DNA of 64,000 nt, from the NCBI GenBank assembly GCA_965207445.1, contig CBDBLX010000002.1, forward strand, positions 1,719,849 through 1,783,848, read 5' to 3'. The stretch is from Nitrosopumilus sp. (lineage in GTDB: Archaea > Thermoproteota > Nitrososphaeria > Nitrososphaerales > Nitrosopumilaceae). The notes beneath the pieces were generated by a model, which worked only from the letters and a program-made list of their open reading frames with translations, ran no database searches and had not been told where the DNA came from. Both the position numbers and the translations under genes were made by a program. Of this stretch, positions 31,401-46,179 are shown piece after piece (within the stretch, counting starts at the first letter, position 1; every line of letters starts with the position of its first letter).

Positions 31401-31689
31401 GCTGCGCACTTTAGTACGAAAAGTGAAGAATCGCTTATAAGGATCCCACATAGATACTTACAGGATAGCACAATTTTAAAACAATATATTCACAGTGACG
31501 CTTTATAGTACACGCTCAGACCGGCCCCAAATTTGTGTTCATGGTTATGTGCCGTTCATGTACTTTGTCTGTGACTTCAATTAACGCGAGTGTATAGAGA
31601 CCAGTCAGATATACTTTCTTGCAATAAGAAAGTGTGCAAGCGCACGTGAGTTCAATTCCCTTCTCACATCAAGAATATCATGTTAGTCC

Positions 31690-31770
31690 GTAACCGTTCA
31701 ATTTCCGTGCCTGCACCAGATGTTAGACGGTGAATCTATGCCTAAATTTGAGGAGGGGTTGAACGGTTAC
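31690..31770. mobile_element. 81-bp MITE family A, copy 2, with 9-bp TSD TGTTAGTCC
   Basis: TIRs plus direct repeats at 31681-31689 and 31771-31779. Confidence 0.92.
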
Positions 31771-32018
31771 TGTTAGTCCATGCACAACATATTTCATATG
31801 CAAAATGCTAGGTTTTCCTCATTTGTAATAAAAATGGATAAGGGATATTGTAAGTGCCCCGATTCGCTTTCTGCCGTCTAAAGGTATCCAGGCCCCCGCT
31901 TACAGCGCCACTACCATTGTCACCATCATCACTCTTCTTCCCGAACCGATCTGTCCCATATTTGAAATAAAACCTGCCAACAGACATGTTGCACCGCATG
32001 CATCACCATAATATGACG

Positions 32019-32237
32019 TTATAGAATCAACGTCTCGCTCTCTTTCTGCCGTAAGGGGATTCGTTCAAACAGAGGAGTCCGCCCGTCTGCCACCTTTGTC
32101 GCATCCCTGTAGACCGCTTCGAGTCTATCCCCTGCTGCAATAATCTCAGAGTCCAAGACTGCGATCCACTTGCCTGCATACTTCCCCTTGTTTTGCAAAA
32201 GTTTCAATACGAATTCTGATTCTTCACTGCTGCTCAT
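32019..32237 (-). CDS. DUF5678-like small protein
   Basis: KYAGKWIAVLDSEIIAAGD..P..ERIP..LIL pattern. Confidence 0.7.
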   Translation of the reverse strand: MSSSEESEFVLKLLQNKGKYAGKWIAVLDSEIIAAGDRLEAVYRDATKVADGRTPLFERIPLRQKESETLIL

Positions 32238-32305
32238 ATGTCACAATCTATCGTGACCATTATATCAATTTTTATGATCATGTAGATGGATTCCGTCATA
32301 ATATG

Positions 32306-32425
32306 CTGCATACTGATATGATTAAAGATCCGATATTTTGATTGATATTCATCTCGAAGTTGAGCATATATTATGAATACAAAATATTAGAAAAATATCG
32401 GATCTTTAATGAAACTATTATGCAT
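32306..32425. mobile_element. ~120-bp MITE-like repeat, family B copy 2
   Basis: Reverse complement of 20097-20215. Confidence 0.75.
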
Positions 32426-33083
32426 AGGATATATTCAAATGGTACAGAATCATTGTATATGGTAGGAGTCACAAATCACATTGGTATGCCAGATGATGAA
32501 ATAGAAGTCACTTATAATCAGATTCGTAATAATGATCTCCATCCGTTTTTTGGTAAATGGGTAAACGCACACAATATCGAATTTACAGATATATTGCATC
32601 CAATAAACCATGGAATAGATGAATTGTGTGAACCAATTTCCATGATTGGTATGATCATTCGAAAACAACTCCTAGCCAAATGTATCGCATGCACGATATT
32701 CGATATATAGATAGGAATATAACCAAATACAAGTATGTATTTCATTGTTGTGTCCAATGAGCTTGGTTCACACGATGAATGCAATATATCTGAACTGAAG
32801 AAGAACTATTCACAAGAATTTGTATTAAAGATAAATAATGATGGACGCATAACATATGTGTGAAACGATACAAAAATACGTTTGGGCCGCCCCACTTGAC
32901 AAATGAATGGATTACACTTGAACAAATTCTACACGGAATACCGTTAGGTGTATTCAAGTATGAAGATCTTCCAGACGTGATAAAAAATGACTTAGATGCA
33001 CATTTGGAAAAAATGAAAAATAAACAAAAAACAGTTGTGTAAAAGTATTCGAAAAAATAAGTTCAGAGTAATTTAATAAACAC

Positions 33084-33500
33084 GTAAGCGTTCAGGTCTA
33101 ATTATTAATAATCATAAATAGGCACGTCTGTTCCGACCACAGAGTATGATATTAAATATACAGATAACGGGCTTTTAAAGAGATATCGCTATTTGTCATT
33201 ATCTGACAAAAATGACAAATAGAAACATCAACAATGCAATATTGCACAATGGAATTTAACCATAACACATGCGATCAGATAGGAGATGCAAGTGTGATGC
33301 CTTTGGATATTGATCGCATACGCGCCGAAAGAGACGCGACATACTGCAAGATTGGTGAATTAAACGACAAGTTTGCAGTATTGTCCGATACGATTGGCCA
33401 TATGAAAGAGAAAGTAGTTGCATTAAATCAAAACAGGATTCTTTTGCGCAATGATAATGCAAAGTTAAATCAAGAAAAGACAGCAGTTGGGAATTTGTTC
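33084..33500 (+). mobile_element. Truncated IS66-type copy (left end plus transposase N-terminus)
   Basis: GTAAGCGTTCAGG end; ~33184-33500 matches the reverse complement of ~63680-64000 (MPLDIDRIRAERDA..). Confidence 0.88.
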
Positions 33501-33536
33501 GAGTACAATAGAGGTGACGGAGGAGGCCATGTCCAA

Positions 33537-33619
33537 GTAACCGTTCAACCCCCGGTTACCTGCACAAGAAGTTAGACTGTGAATCTGTGCCTAAACTTGA
33601 GAAGGGGTTGAACGGTTAC
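33537..33619. mobile_element. MITE family A, copy 3 (83 bp)
   Basis: Same TIRs; no TSD; joins unrelated gene fragments. Confidence 0.9.
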
Positions 33620-33883
33620 TACAATAACAATATCAACAACGTGCCGAACATTACAATTGTAGACTACTATCTAAACAAGCAAAGCATCAAGAACAAGCCT
33701 CCCTCCGAATACATGTCAGAATTCCATCGGACAAACAAAGATCTTGCAATCTCAATGAAGATGCATCTGATACATGATCTTGACGACTTTGGGATATGAA
33801 ATAACGACTTTAATAGATTTTTGAAATGGCACGCTAAAGTTGTAAGTAGAGAGATCAAAAGTCAGATGACAAAAAACGCCTAA
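33620..33883 (+). pseudogene. C-terminal remnant of a DUF262/GmrSD-type restriction protein
   Basis: NITIVDYYLNKQSIKNKPPSEYM..HLIHDLDDFGI*NNDFNRFL with an internal stop. Confidence 0.55.
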
Positions 33884-33918
33884 CAGTCAACTATCTTGTT
33901 ATTTTGCAGAGTTTGACT

Positions 33919-34571
33919 TTACATATGTTTTTCTAGTCCAGTCTTTTTTGGTTTCCAGTTTTTAGGTTCAAATTCTTCAGGTAGTTGGGAAACCAGCCGA
34001 TCGGATTCTGTACCCACGTATGCTAACCTCTCTATAATGACGCGCACTTCTTTACCGGGCACGTTCTGGAGCGGCCAGTTCTCAATCCCACTCTCCTTGT
34101 CTATTGTTTGGCCATAGCGGTCTACAAACCATTCCAATGGTGTCCTCCCATTCACACGATACTCACACACAGGCAGATCAGCATACACAGTCACATCATC
34201 AATTATCAGTACGTGTTGATTCTGACTACTTGTAATGTTCTCGATTATGTCTTTCTTCTGGCGCCCCCATCTAATCTTGCGCGGTGAATCAGGTATTGTA
34301 TTTACAGGCTTTCCTAGATCGTACCGCTTGCAGGTCTCGTATGATAAGTGTAGATCGGTCAACTTTTTGCCTGTCTTTGAGAATGCCCAAAAGTCAGGGG
34401 CCATTGGAATGTGTGGCAATTCACGTGAGAGGTTGTTTGCATATTTTTTACGGTAGGCAGAATGATGTAACAATCCATAAACGTAATAGAAAATATCTTC
34501 CTTAGAGATCGTGTTGTCATTATAGTGTACTTGGTATTCTTCCAGAGCGTAGTCTGTAATGTTGTCTACCA

Positions 34572-34575
<4 letters not shown>
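33919..34575 (-). CDS. Type ISP restriction-modification C-terminal (TRD) domain encoded as a separate ORF
   Basis: DNITD, IFYYVYGLLH..YR..YANNL.RELPHIP, YRVNGRTPLEW; ATGA overlap with the upstream ORF. Confidence 0.9.
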
Positions 34576-38801
<4,226 letters not shown>

Positions 38802-39156
38802 GTCTATTGTTGCACAAACAACAGTGTTTTTAACTCTTAATGAATGAATTTGCACGGAGTACAAGTCGTTTTGTATGTTATGATTAGATAGTTTTCCATT
38901 GGTTTATCCAGTTTGTGCATGTACACGTCCGTATACGCTTTGAGAAAAGCACCCACCATCATTATGCAATGAGTTTGGTTGCATATCTGGGCGTCTTGTG
39001 ATCTTGTGTTCATGTCAATACAAGATATGTGTGCGCCGCTCTGAAGGCATATATGACATACAAGAGACAAATGTCCATGATTAAAACGCGATATGGTAAA
39101 TATTGTAACCTGTACTACACGCGATGATGTTGGTGGTGTTGATTATGGTGGACCAG

Positions 39157-39666
39157 ATGAGAATTCCTAATATTGTGGTGCCAATAGTGTTGGTGTGCTT
39201 GGCCATTTTGTTTATGCCAATAGTTGCAGTCTCATACATACCACTACCATTCACCTCAGGGATAATTCCTACCTTTAGCATGTACCCAAATATCATCCCA
39301 GGTGACGTCCTCTATGTGGATAGGACAGTAGATTTTTCCAAAGTTGCGGTGGGCGACGTTATTTTGTTTTGGGGAACCGAAGGTCATCCAATAAGCCACC
39401 GTGTAATCGTACATGATGGTGTAGAGGTAATAACTCGAGGTGACTTTAATGACAGCAATGATCCGCCTGTAACAGCAGAGATGTATTTGGGCAAGGTGTC
39501 AGCAGTAATTCCTCTGCACGTGCTAGGGCCGCAATTCGGATCAATTGTGGGATTCTTTCTTACGTTTTCTGGCATCATGTTTGTATCAGCAGTCCTCTAT
39601 GTGTTAGTGCACATAAAATGGCTACGTAGCCAATTTGACGGTGTTAGACACATCAAAACTACATGA
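39157..39666 (+). CDS. Signal peptidase I (S26, SEC11-like)
   Basis: SMYPNIIPGD, ISHRV, ITRGDFN..DP, YLGKV. Confidence 0.85.
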   Translation: MRIPNIVVPIVLVCLAILFMPIVAVSYIPLPFTSGIIPTFSMYPNIIPGDVLYVDRTVDFSKVAVGDVILFWGTEGHPISHRVIVHDGVEVITRGDFNDSNDPPVTAEMYLGKVSAVIPLHVLGPQFGSIVGFFLTFSGIMFVSAVLYVLVHIKWLRSQFDGVRHIKTT

Positions 39667-39967
39667 TCATTGTTCGTTAAACTTAAAATGGAGCAAAAAT
39701 CTGTACGATTGTCAAAAGTAGATTTCGCATCGCTGTAACGAATCAGGGTAGAAGAGAAAAGTTGTGCATGTCAAGCTTTATGACTATACAATCATTCAAA
39801 ATAACTTTTAGGCAAATATATCGCATCCATGATATTTGATATACAGATAGGGATGTGACCAAATACAAGTATATGATTTAATTATTGCACTCAAAGATTG
39901 GTTTACACCAAAATTTTAACCAATCACAGAGCATCATGCAAATTATCTTGTTTTGCACACATACAAA

Positions 39968-41776
39968 CTATGATTTTTTGACAATTGTAGCATTATTAGG
40001 ATTCAAATCCTGCCATATCACATCATATCCCAAATGTGACAGTAAATCTGCATGAGATGAATCAGATATGTCAGCATCAGACATTATTTGACACGCATCT
40101 ACAAAACTAATATCAGAGTCAAACATTGCATGTACACTAGATACTTTTTTTGTAGAAATCATGTATGGTCCTGCTTTTATGTACAAATTCGGTGCATCAC
40201 GCTCAATCATTGCACGTATAGAGTTCTCAGGAACCATATATTTTACTGCCAAGTCGCGCAACAGTATTACATCATCTTGCAAATCATCATGTGTAATACT
40301 AGTAATATCTATAGCATTATTTGCAAGGATAGAATCAATCTTCTTTAGATGATCAAGTATTGGCTTAACTGATATGTGCTTGTCAAAGAAAAATACACCA
40401 GGCATGTTGCGAATTTCAGAGAATTGAGAGCACAAAAGAGCAGAGTCGATTCCAACTAGCATGTCAACTGTGGGAGGTGGTGGAGGATTTGATGCATCAT
40501 TCTTATTTTGGGTGTCATGCACATTATTAGAAAAACATCCCATATCACATAGTTTGGCGATTTTATGCTTTATGTAATCAGCAGTCCAAAAACCCACAAT
40601 CTCAAGATATACTTTGCATCCGAGCCTTTCAAATACAAAATCAGGTAGCATTGCCTTGTTTCCTGCAATCAATGGCTCCGGCTCCCTGCGCATGCGCCAC
40701 CCAAGACAGTCATTTTGTCCCAAGTGCTGATGCAATATTTGTGCAAACTTTTGCTCAACTGAACTATCATAAATTTGCTGAGAGTCGTTTTGATCATGTG
40801 TGTTGTTGATTGTTTGTCGCAGATACTTTTGTGTAGTTTTATTTGAGATCTCAAATCGATATAGTCGATCCACATCCCCGGTTTTTTTTGATATCGTAGC
40901 ATCAATATCCCAAACAGGTGTACGAGTTATTATCGGAAGTAGTTGTGCAAATGCAGTACCATATTTGTTAGTTAGTTTAAAGATGCTAAGTGGTCCATCG
41001 ATTATGCAACGCATTGAGTGGTCTTTTGGATTATGCTCAAGGACATACATCATGCCATGCATCTTTACAGCACGCAAGACATTCTTCCAATGCGCACCAT
41101 CATTGTCAATGTAAAAGTTCAATCGAGTGCATTTGAAGAGCAATGTTTGGGCAAGTGACATGTTGTACCACAAAAGCAAGTCATGTACAGATAGTGTATC
41201 AAATCGCTCCAATATGTGATTCTCATCAAGGTCAGCCCAAATCACATCATACACATCAGTATCTGAGATGTGACACAATTTTGCAGTCTTTTGTATAATC
41301 ATTTTTCGCTTGGCATCAGTAGTAGCAAGTCCGGCTTGTGAGGACTGTGTGAATAAAATCTGTCGTATAGTAGATGAGGATACATCAGGTGAGGACTGGG
41401 CAGTTTTAATTACAAATGAGGATCGTCGTTCTAGTAATGCACGAAATCCACGTACAAGTTTATAGTCATAATCAGGTTCAATGTCAGATAAAATATCATG
41501 TATCTCACCCTTTGTTCTGTGTAGTTTTTGTGACGTCTCAAATTCTGATATTAATTTAGATGCAAGTTCGTGCTCAACTGAAGCTTTGTCAGTAGTAGTG
41601 TTTGTTTTATGGCTACTGTTACTAGTGCCATTATTACTATTACTAGGATCAGTATTGCTACGGCGGCGACTATTATCATCATCATCATACAAATCAACAT
41701 TACAAAATTGAGGATATATCTTACCCTTACTTGTACGAGTGCGTAAAAGCTCAGATGATAACATATCAAACACCAC
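39968..41776 (-). CDS. DUF790-family endonuclease (Bax1-like)
   Basis: MLSSELLR, YNMSLAQTLLF, DGPLSIF..KYG, YDSSVE, REPEP..PDF..LEIVGFWT. Confidence 0.9.
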   Translation of the reverse strand: MVFDMLSSELLRTRTSKGKIYPQFCNVDLYDDDDNSRRRSNTDPSNSNNGTSNSSHKTNTTTDKASVEHELASKLISEFETSQKLHRTKGEIHDILSDIEPDYDYKLVRGFRALLERRSSFVIKTAQSSPDVSSSTIRQILFTQSSQAGLATTDAKRKMIIQKTAKLCHISDTDVYDVIWADLDENHILERFDTLSVHDLLLWYNMSLAQTLLFKCTRLNFYIDNDGAHWKNVLRAVKMHGMMYVLEHNPKDHSMRCIIDGPLSIFKLTNKYGTAFAQLLPIITRTPVWDIDATISKKTGDVDRLYRFEISNKTTQKYLRQTINNTHDQNDSQQIYDSSVEQKFAQILHQHLGQNDCLGWRMRREPEPLIAGNKAMLPDFVFERLGCKVYLEIVGFWTADYIKHKIAKLCDMGCFSNNVHDTQNKNDASNPPPPPTVDMLVGIDSALLCSQFSEIRNMPGVFFFDKHISVKPILDHLKKIDSILANNAIDITSITHDDLQDDVILLRDLAVKYMVPENSIRAMIERDAPNLYIKAGPYMISTKKVSSVHAMFDSDISFVDACQIMSDADISDSSHADLLSHLGYDVIWQDLNPNNATIVKKS

Positions 41777-43403
41777 CCTTATTTTGTGAAATTGATCTAT
41801 CTGTTACATTATGCGCGTCAGTCTTTTTATTTTTACTTCTGACAATACTGCGACGATGACGATGACGGGCACCTGCATTTTTACGTAATGCCGCAGAGCG
41901 CCTTGCACTACTACCCACTTCACGAGTAGCATCAGATATCATCTCAATGAGTAGTGCTCGGCTGCCATCTTTTTTAGGACGCAACAGTCTACCCAATCTT
42001 TGAACCATCTCTCTTCCACTTCCAGTACCACTCACAATGATGCCAAGTTCAGCATCAGGTACATCTACACCTTCATCCAAGACGCGAGACGTAACAACTG
42101 ACACGTACCTGCCCGTCCGAAATCCATCAAGTATCTCCTTGCGCTCAGACTTTGAGGTCTTGTGCGTAATTATGGGAATAAGAAAAGTATCAGATATCAA
42201 GTATGCCATCTTGTTGTTTTGTGTAAATATGATGGTTTTTTTTCTAGATGTGTGATCAGGCAACAGCGTATCATTGTCATATATCGTGTCATTGTCACCA
42301 ATACTGCCACCACAATTCTCAGCTAGTATTTTCCGCAGATGTGTAATTTTAGCAGATGTATTGAATGCAATCTCATTTGCTCTGTTTCGAGCAAGTAGTG
42401 CTTTTCGTGCATTTTGATTTCTATTTGACATTAGTATCAAACGTTTCAAATTGTACATGGATTCATTCTTCATGCCAAGTTTGTTTAACCCTACAAGAAA
42501 CTCTGATCTGCATTTGTCATATTCTGTCTTTTCTTCAATGCTTAGATTAACTCGTATCTTTTGTATTTCATATTTGGCAAGATGTTTCTTCTCTGCCAGC
42601 TCTCTAGTGCCACGACTATACACCACACCACCAACAAGTCTTGGAATTATCTTGTGCAGTCCGTCTTCGCGCTCAAGTGTTGCAGTTAATCCCAAACGAA
42701 AAGGAGCCATACATTGTTCTGCTATGAGTTTGTATCCAGGGGCAGGTAAATGATGCACCTCATCAAATATCAATAATCCAAATCGGTTTCCAATCTCAGG
42801 TGCCCTCAGATATGCCGAATCGTATGTGGCAACTGTTACTGCACAAATCTCATCTGAGCCGCCGCCAAGTTTGCCTATCTTTATCAAATTATTATCTGTC
42901 TGATCATTTATGATTGCACTCTTTTCAGTAAGATTATCATTTGCATATCCGACTATTCTCAGATGTGTTTGTAAAAAATCAGCCCACTGTTGTAGCAGAT
43001 CAATTGTAGGTACCACCACAAGTGCAGATGTATTTGCCTCACATATTGCAGACATTCCGATTGCTGTTTTACCCGAACCAGTCGGGAGTATGACACACCC
43101 CCTCATAGAGGCTTTTTTCCATCTTGTTATAGAGTCACGTTGATAGTCGCGTAAAACGACATCAGAGAAGAGTGCAGGCACAGATAAATAATTTGGAACC
43201 GAATCAGTATACAAAATCTCACTTTCAACAAGATACTCTACAATACTCGCATAGTACATGCCAAATGCTCGAAGTGTTTTACTGCGCTCATCATATTTAG
43301 TATTAGGTATCTCCAACATACTAGCATGTGTAATGTTAATGGTACCATGATCAAATGACATTTGTGGTTGTGACAGTTGCAATACAATGATATGCACGAT
43401 CAT
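41766..43403 (-). CDS. xpb: XPB/Rad25-family DNA repair helicase (start uncertain)
   Basis: LRDYQ, LPTGSGKT, DEVHH, LGLTATLER, VLDEGVDVP, QRLGRLLRP; adjacent to the Bax1-like gene. Confidence 0.88.
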   Translation of the reverse strand: MIVHIIVLQLSQPQMSFDHGTINITHASMLEIPNTKYDERSKTLRAFGMYYASIVEYLVESEILYTDSVPNYLSVPALFSDVVLRDYQRDSITRWKKASMRGCVILPTGSGKTAIGMSAICEANTSALVVVPTIDLLQQWADFLQTHLRIVGYANDNLTEKSAIINDQTDNNLIKIGKLGGGSDEICAVTVATYDSAYLRAPEIGNRFGLLIFDEVHHLPAPGYKLIAEQCMAPFRLGLTATLEREDGLHKIIPRLVGGVVYSRGTRELAEKKHLAKYEIQKIRVNLSIEEKTEYDKCRSEFLVGLNKLGMKNESMYNLKRLILMSNRNQNARKALLARNRANEIAFNTSAKITHLRKILAENCGGSIGDNDTIYDNDTLLPDHTSRKKTIIFTQNNKMAYLISDTFLIPIITHKTSKSERKEILDGFRTGRYVSVVTSRVLDEGVDVPDAELGIIVSGTGSGREMVQRLGRLLRPKKDGSRALLIEMISDATREVGSSARRSAALRKNAGARHRHRRSIVRSKNKKTDAHNVTDRSISQNKGGV

Positions 43404-43925
43404 GGATATAGATGTGATTGCATCAAGTGTTTGTGTACAATTGTGTAAAATTTGAGAAAAGCAAACAGATACCCATAGTAATTACCATATACAACACTAA
43501 ACAAATAGCTCACTTGCAAACTCAGTTTAGATGCAGTGATCTGGTCATATTATTAAATTTTGATAGAACAAGCAACACAACGCAGTAATTTTATTAATCG
43601 ACATATACGGCCATACTCACCACAAGCAGTGCAAGCAGACGTATGGTAATTAAAACAATGATCCAAAAGTTTTTGGTCTTTTATATTCATTTATTGTTCT
43701 TGATAGATAGATGTTGGTCGATGGAATTTTCGATTCTTTATTTGAAATACTACATACACATCCACACTCTGCATAGCCTCTATTGGTGTCACACTATACG
43801 TGCTGACATTTAGATAAATAAATAATCTTATAGTTCTGAATTAAATATGTGATTCCCTAAAATGTATACAAAAACTTTATATACTACTATTTGACAGTAT
43901 GATATATAGTTTTGGGTGTATAAAT

Positions 43926-44849
43926 ATGGTAAAATCACTAAAAGAAAAATGTCCTAGATGTGGACACGGCACAATGATAACTGATGGTAATACTGGTGAG
44001 AATTTTTGTGGTAGTTGTGGTTATGTGATATCAGAAAAAGTAGAAGAGTCAGGTCCAGAGTGGCGTTCGTTCTCAAATGAAGGTGAGAATAAGAGTAGAG
44101 CAGGTGTTCCAACATCACTTGCTATGCATGACATGGGACTAGCAACTATTATCAATCCTCAAAATAGAGATGCAACAGGTAAACCACTAACTGCATCAAT
44201 GAAGAGCACCATAGAGCGATTACGTACATGGGATAATCGTAGCCAAGTTCATGAGCCCGTAGACCGTAACTATAGACAAGCATTCAGTGAACTTGACAGA
44301 CTAAAAGATAAACTAGGAGTAGGAGATGCCGTAATTGAAAAAGCAGCTCACATATACAGAAAAGCCCTAGAAAAGGGGCTAGTTAGAGGAAGATCAATAT
44401 CTGCATTAATAGCATCTGCATTATATGCAGCATGTAGAGTGACAGAGACGCCACGTACACTCAAGGATATCGGACAAGCAAGCAACATAAAACGCAAGGA
44501 CATTGCACGATGTTATCGATTGCTTTTAAGAGAACTAGAGATTACAATGCCAGTAGTAGATCCGATAAAATGCGTCTCAAGAATTGCAAGTAAGGCAGAG
44601 TTAGCAGAGCGTACAAAACGATATGCCACAAAGATATTAGAACTTGCAGAAAAGCACAAGATATCAGCAGGAAAGGATCCAATGGGGCTAGCAGCAGCTG
44701 CACTTTATGTAGCATGTACTGAATGCAACGAGAACAAAACACAAAGAGATGTCGCAGAGGCAGCAGGGGTGACGGAAGTTACGATACGAAACAGATACAA
44801 GGGATTAAAAACCGAGCTAGATGCTTTGGACATTACGATATCTATATGA
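43926..44849 (+). CDS. tfb: Transcription initiation factor IIB
   Basis: Zn ribbon CPRC..CGSCG, GPEWRSF, HDMGL, GKDPMGLAAAALY, VTEVTIRNRYK. Confidence 0.97.
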   Translation: MVKSLKEKCPRCGHGTMITDGNTGENFCGSCGYVISEKVEESGPEWRSFSNEGENKSRAGVPTSLAMHDMGLATIINPQNRDATGKPLTASMKSTIERLRTWDNRSQVHEPVDRNYRQAFSELDRLKDKLGVGDAVIEKAAHIYRKALEKGLVRGRSISALIASALYAACRVTETPRTLKDIGQASNIKRKDIARCYRLLLRELEITMPVVDPIKCVSRIASKAELAERTKRYATKILELAEKHKISAGKDPMGLAAAALYVACTECNENKTQRDVAEAAGVTEVTIRNRYKGLKTELDALDITISI

Positions 44850-45863
44850 TATAATCATTGCAAGTATAGACATAATTCCACATGCAATTAGTATGATCTC
44901 AATTGAAGATATCATAGCATGAGAGAATGCATTCTCAATTGGAATCAGATGTGTTTGTGATATAAAATGTGCATGTGAGAATACAAAATAGTTAGCAGCC
45001 CAGTGTATGATTATGGCAGTAATGAATCCATATCGTATGTATGCCCATCCAATTATTATCCCACTTGCAGTAGCTTGGGCAAATTTCCCATCACTCCAAG
45101 GCTCACCTAATGCAATGTGTGAGAATCCAAACATAATAGCAACCATAACAATAATCAAAAGAGCTTTTTTAGAGTTGTATGAGATATCCAAATATGCAGC
45201 AGGGCGCCACAGAGATCTTGCAAAATATCCAAATGAGAATTTTGTAGCATAAAGCAAGAATATAGGAATTCCAACAAATAAGAGTCGAAATCCTGTTTCT
45301 TCTAACAATGGAGCAAGTGTAATATAAAAAAACTCGACAAGACGATTATCTGGCTCTGGGGGGATTGTGTGAATTCCAATTGAATCCTGAGTTATGGTTA
45401 TTATAATTGAGCATAGTACAAGTATAGAAAACCACATTATGGCACCGGACATGTAATTTGTAACATTTTTGTGGGGTGGTGGCGGTTGTTGTTGTTGTTG
45501 CATCTGTTGTGTCGGCTGCAAAAAGTGACGGCCCGTCACGATCTGATTAATGATCGTGCCAAATCCACGTACAGGTCCCAATGCTGCTAGAGTAAATATA
45601 ACCAAATAAAATACCCACAATACAACAAAGACATCACCGATCGTCACCTGTGATGCTGTCAGATACAGAGCAGTATTATCAAAGAGCGAAGTATGTGTTA
45701 TTGGAAGATTATAGTTTATCTCGTTGCCAAGATCAGTTGAGAAGACTACAAATATGCCCATTGGAAAAGAGGCCAAAAATAGACCAAACACTACAGACAA
45801 AACGGCCGCATGTGGCACACCAAATATTGATAAAAATCGTTTACGATTATGTGAGATGTGCAT
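44817..45863 (-). CDS. CPBP (CAAX/Abi) intramembrane metalloprotease
   Basis: APLLEETGFR, FGFSH, AIIIHWAANY; multiple TM helices. Confidence 0.88.
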   Translation of the reverse strand: MHISHNRKRFLSIFGVPHAAVLSVVFGLFLASFPMGIFVVFSTDLGNEINYNLPITHTSLFDNTALYLTASQVTIGDVFVVLWVFYLVIFTLAALGPVRGFGTIINQIVTGRHFLQPTQQMQQQQQPPPPHKNVTNYMSGAIMWFSILVLCSIIITITQDSIGIHTIPPEPDNRLVEFFYITLAPLLEETGFRLLFVGIPIFLLYATKFSFGYFARSLWRPAAYLDISYNSKKALLIIVMVAIMFGFSHIALGEPWSDGKFAQATASGIIIGWAYIRYGFITAIIIHWAANYFVFSHAHFISQTHLIPIENAFSHAMISSIEIILIACGIMSILAMIISYRYRNVQSI

Positions 45864-45864
45864 T

Positions 45865-46179
45865 TTAGTGCAGCTCGATACTCTCTTCTGCAAAGCCTAG
45901 TGAAACAAGAGTGTCTTTTATAGTGTCACGGTGATCACCTTGCAAGAATATGTATCCATCTTTTGCAGTACCGCCGCACGCGTACTTGTTTTTGAGATCC
46001 TTTGTTACAGTTTCAAGACTATTGAGTTTTGGATCAAGTCCTTCGATCATGGTTCCTTTCTTTTTAAATCGACGCGTCTCTAGTCGAATTATAATCTTGG
46101 TGCTGTCTTTGGCAAGCTCACCACATGCACAGAGGTCTTCAGGTAAGCCACATGTATTACAAATTACTGCCACGTTCAT
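45865..46179 (-). CDS. Translation initiation factor 1 (SUI1/aIF1)
   Basis: CNTCGLPEDLCAC, ACGGTAKDG..LQGDHR. Confidence 0.95.
   Translation of the reverse strand: MNVAVICNTCGLPEDLCACGELAKDSTKIIIRLETRRFKKKGTMIEGLDPKLNSLETVTKDLKNKYACGGTAKDGYIFLQGDHRDTIKDTLVSLGFAEESIELH

Larger units (their letters stand above)
29998..31456 (+). mobile_element. IS110-family (IS1111-type) element inserted in the IS481 right inverted repeat
   Basis: TA core at 29996-29997 and 31455-31456; sub-terminal IR TATGTGG (30002-30008)/CCACATA (31446-31452); removing it restores the IS481 IRR. Confidence 0.9.
28687..31472 (+). mobile_element. IS481-family element with 15-bp TSD, carrying a nested IS110
   Basis: ATTTTAAAACAATAT at 28672-28686 and 31473-31487; IRL 28687-28711 matches the reconstructed IRR (29989-29997 + 31457-31472). 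Confidence 0.9.

Noticed and set aside
31808..31999. Aspartyl-protease partner of the DUF5678-like gene
   Set aside because: Expected from context, but no DTG motif is recognisable in the decayed sequence.
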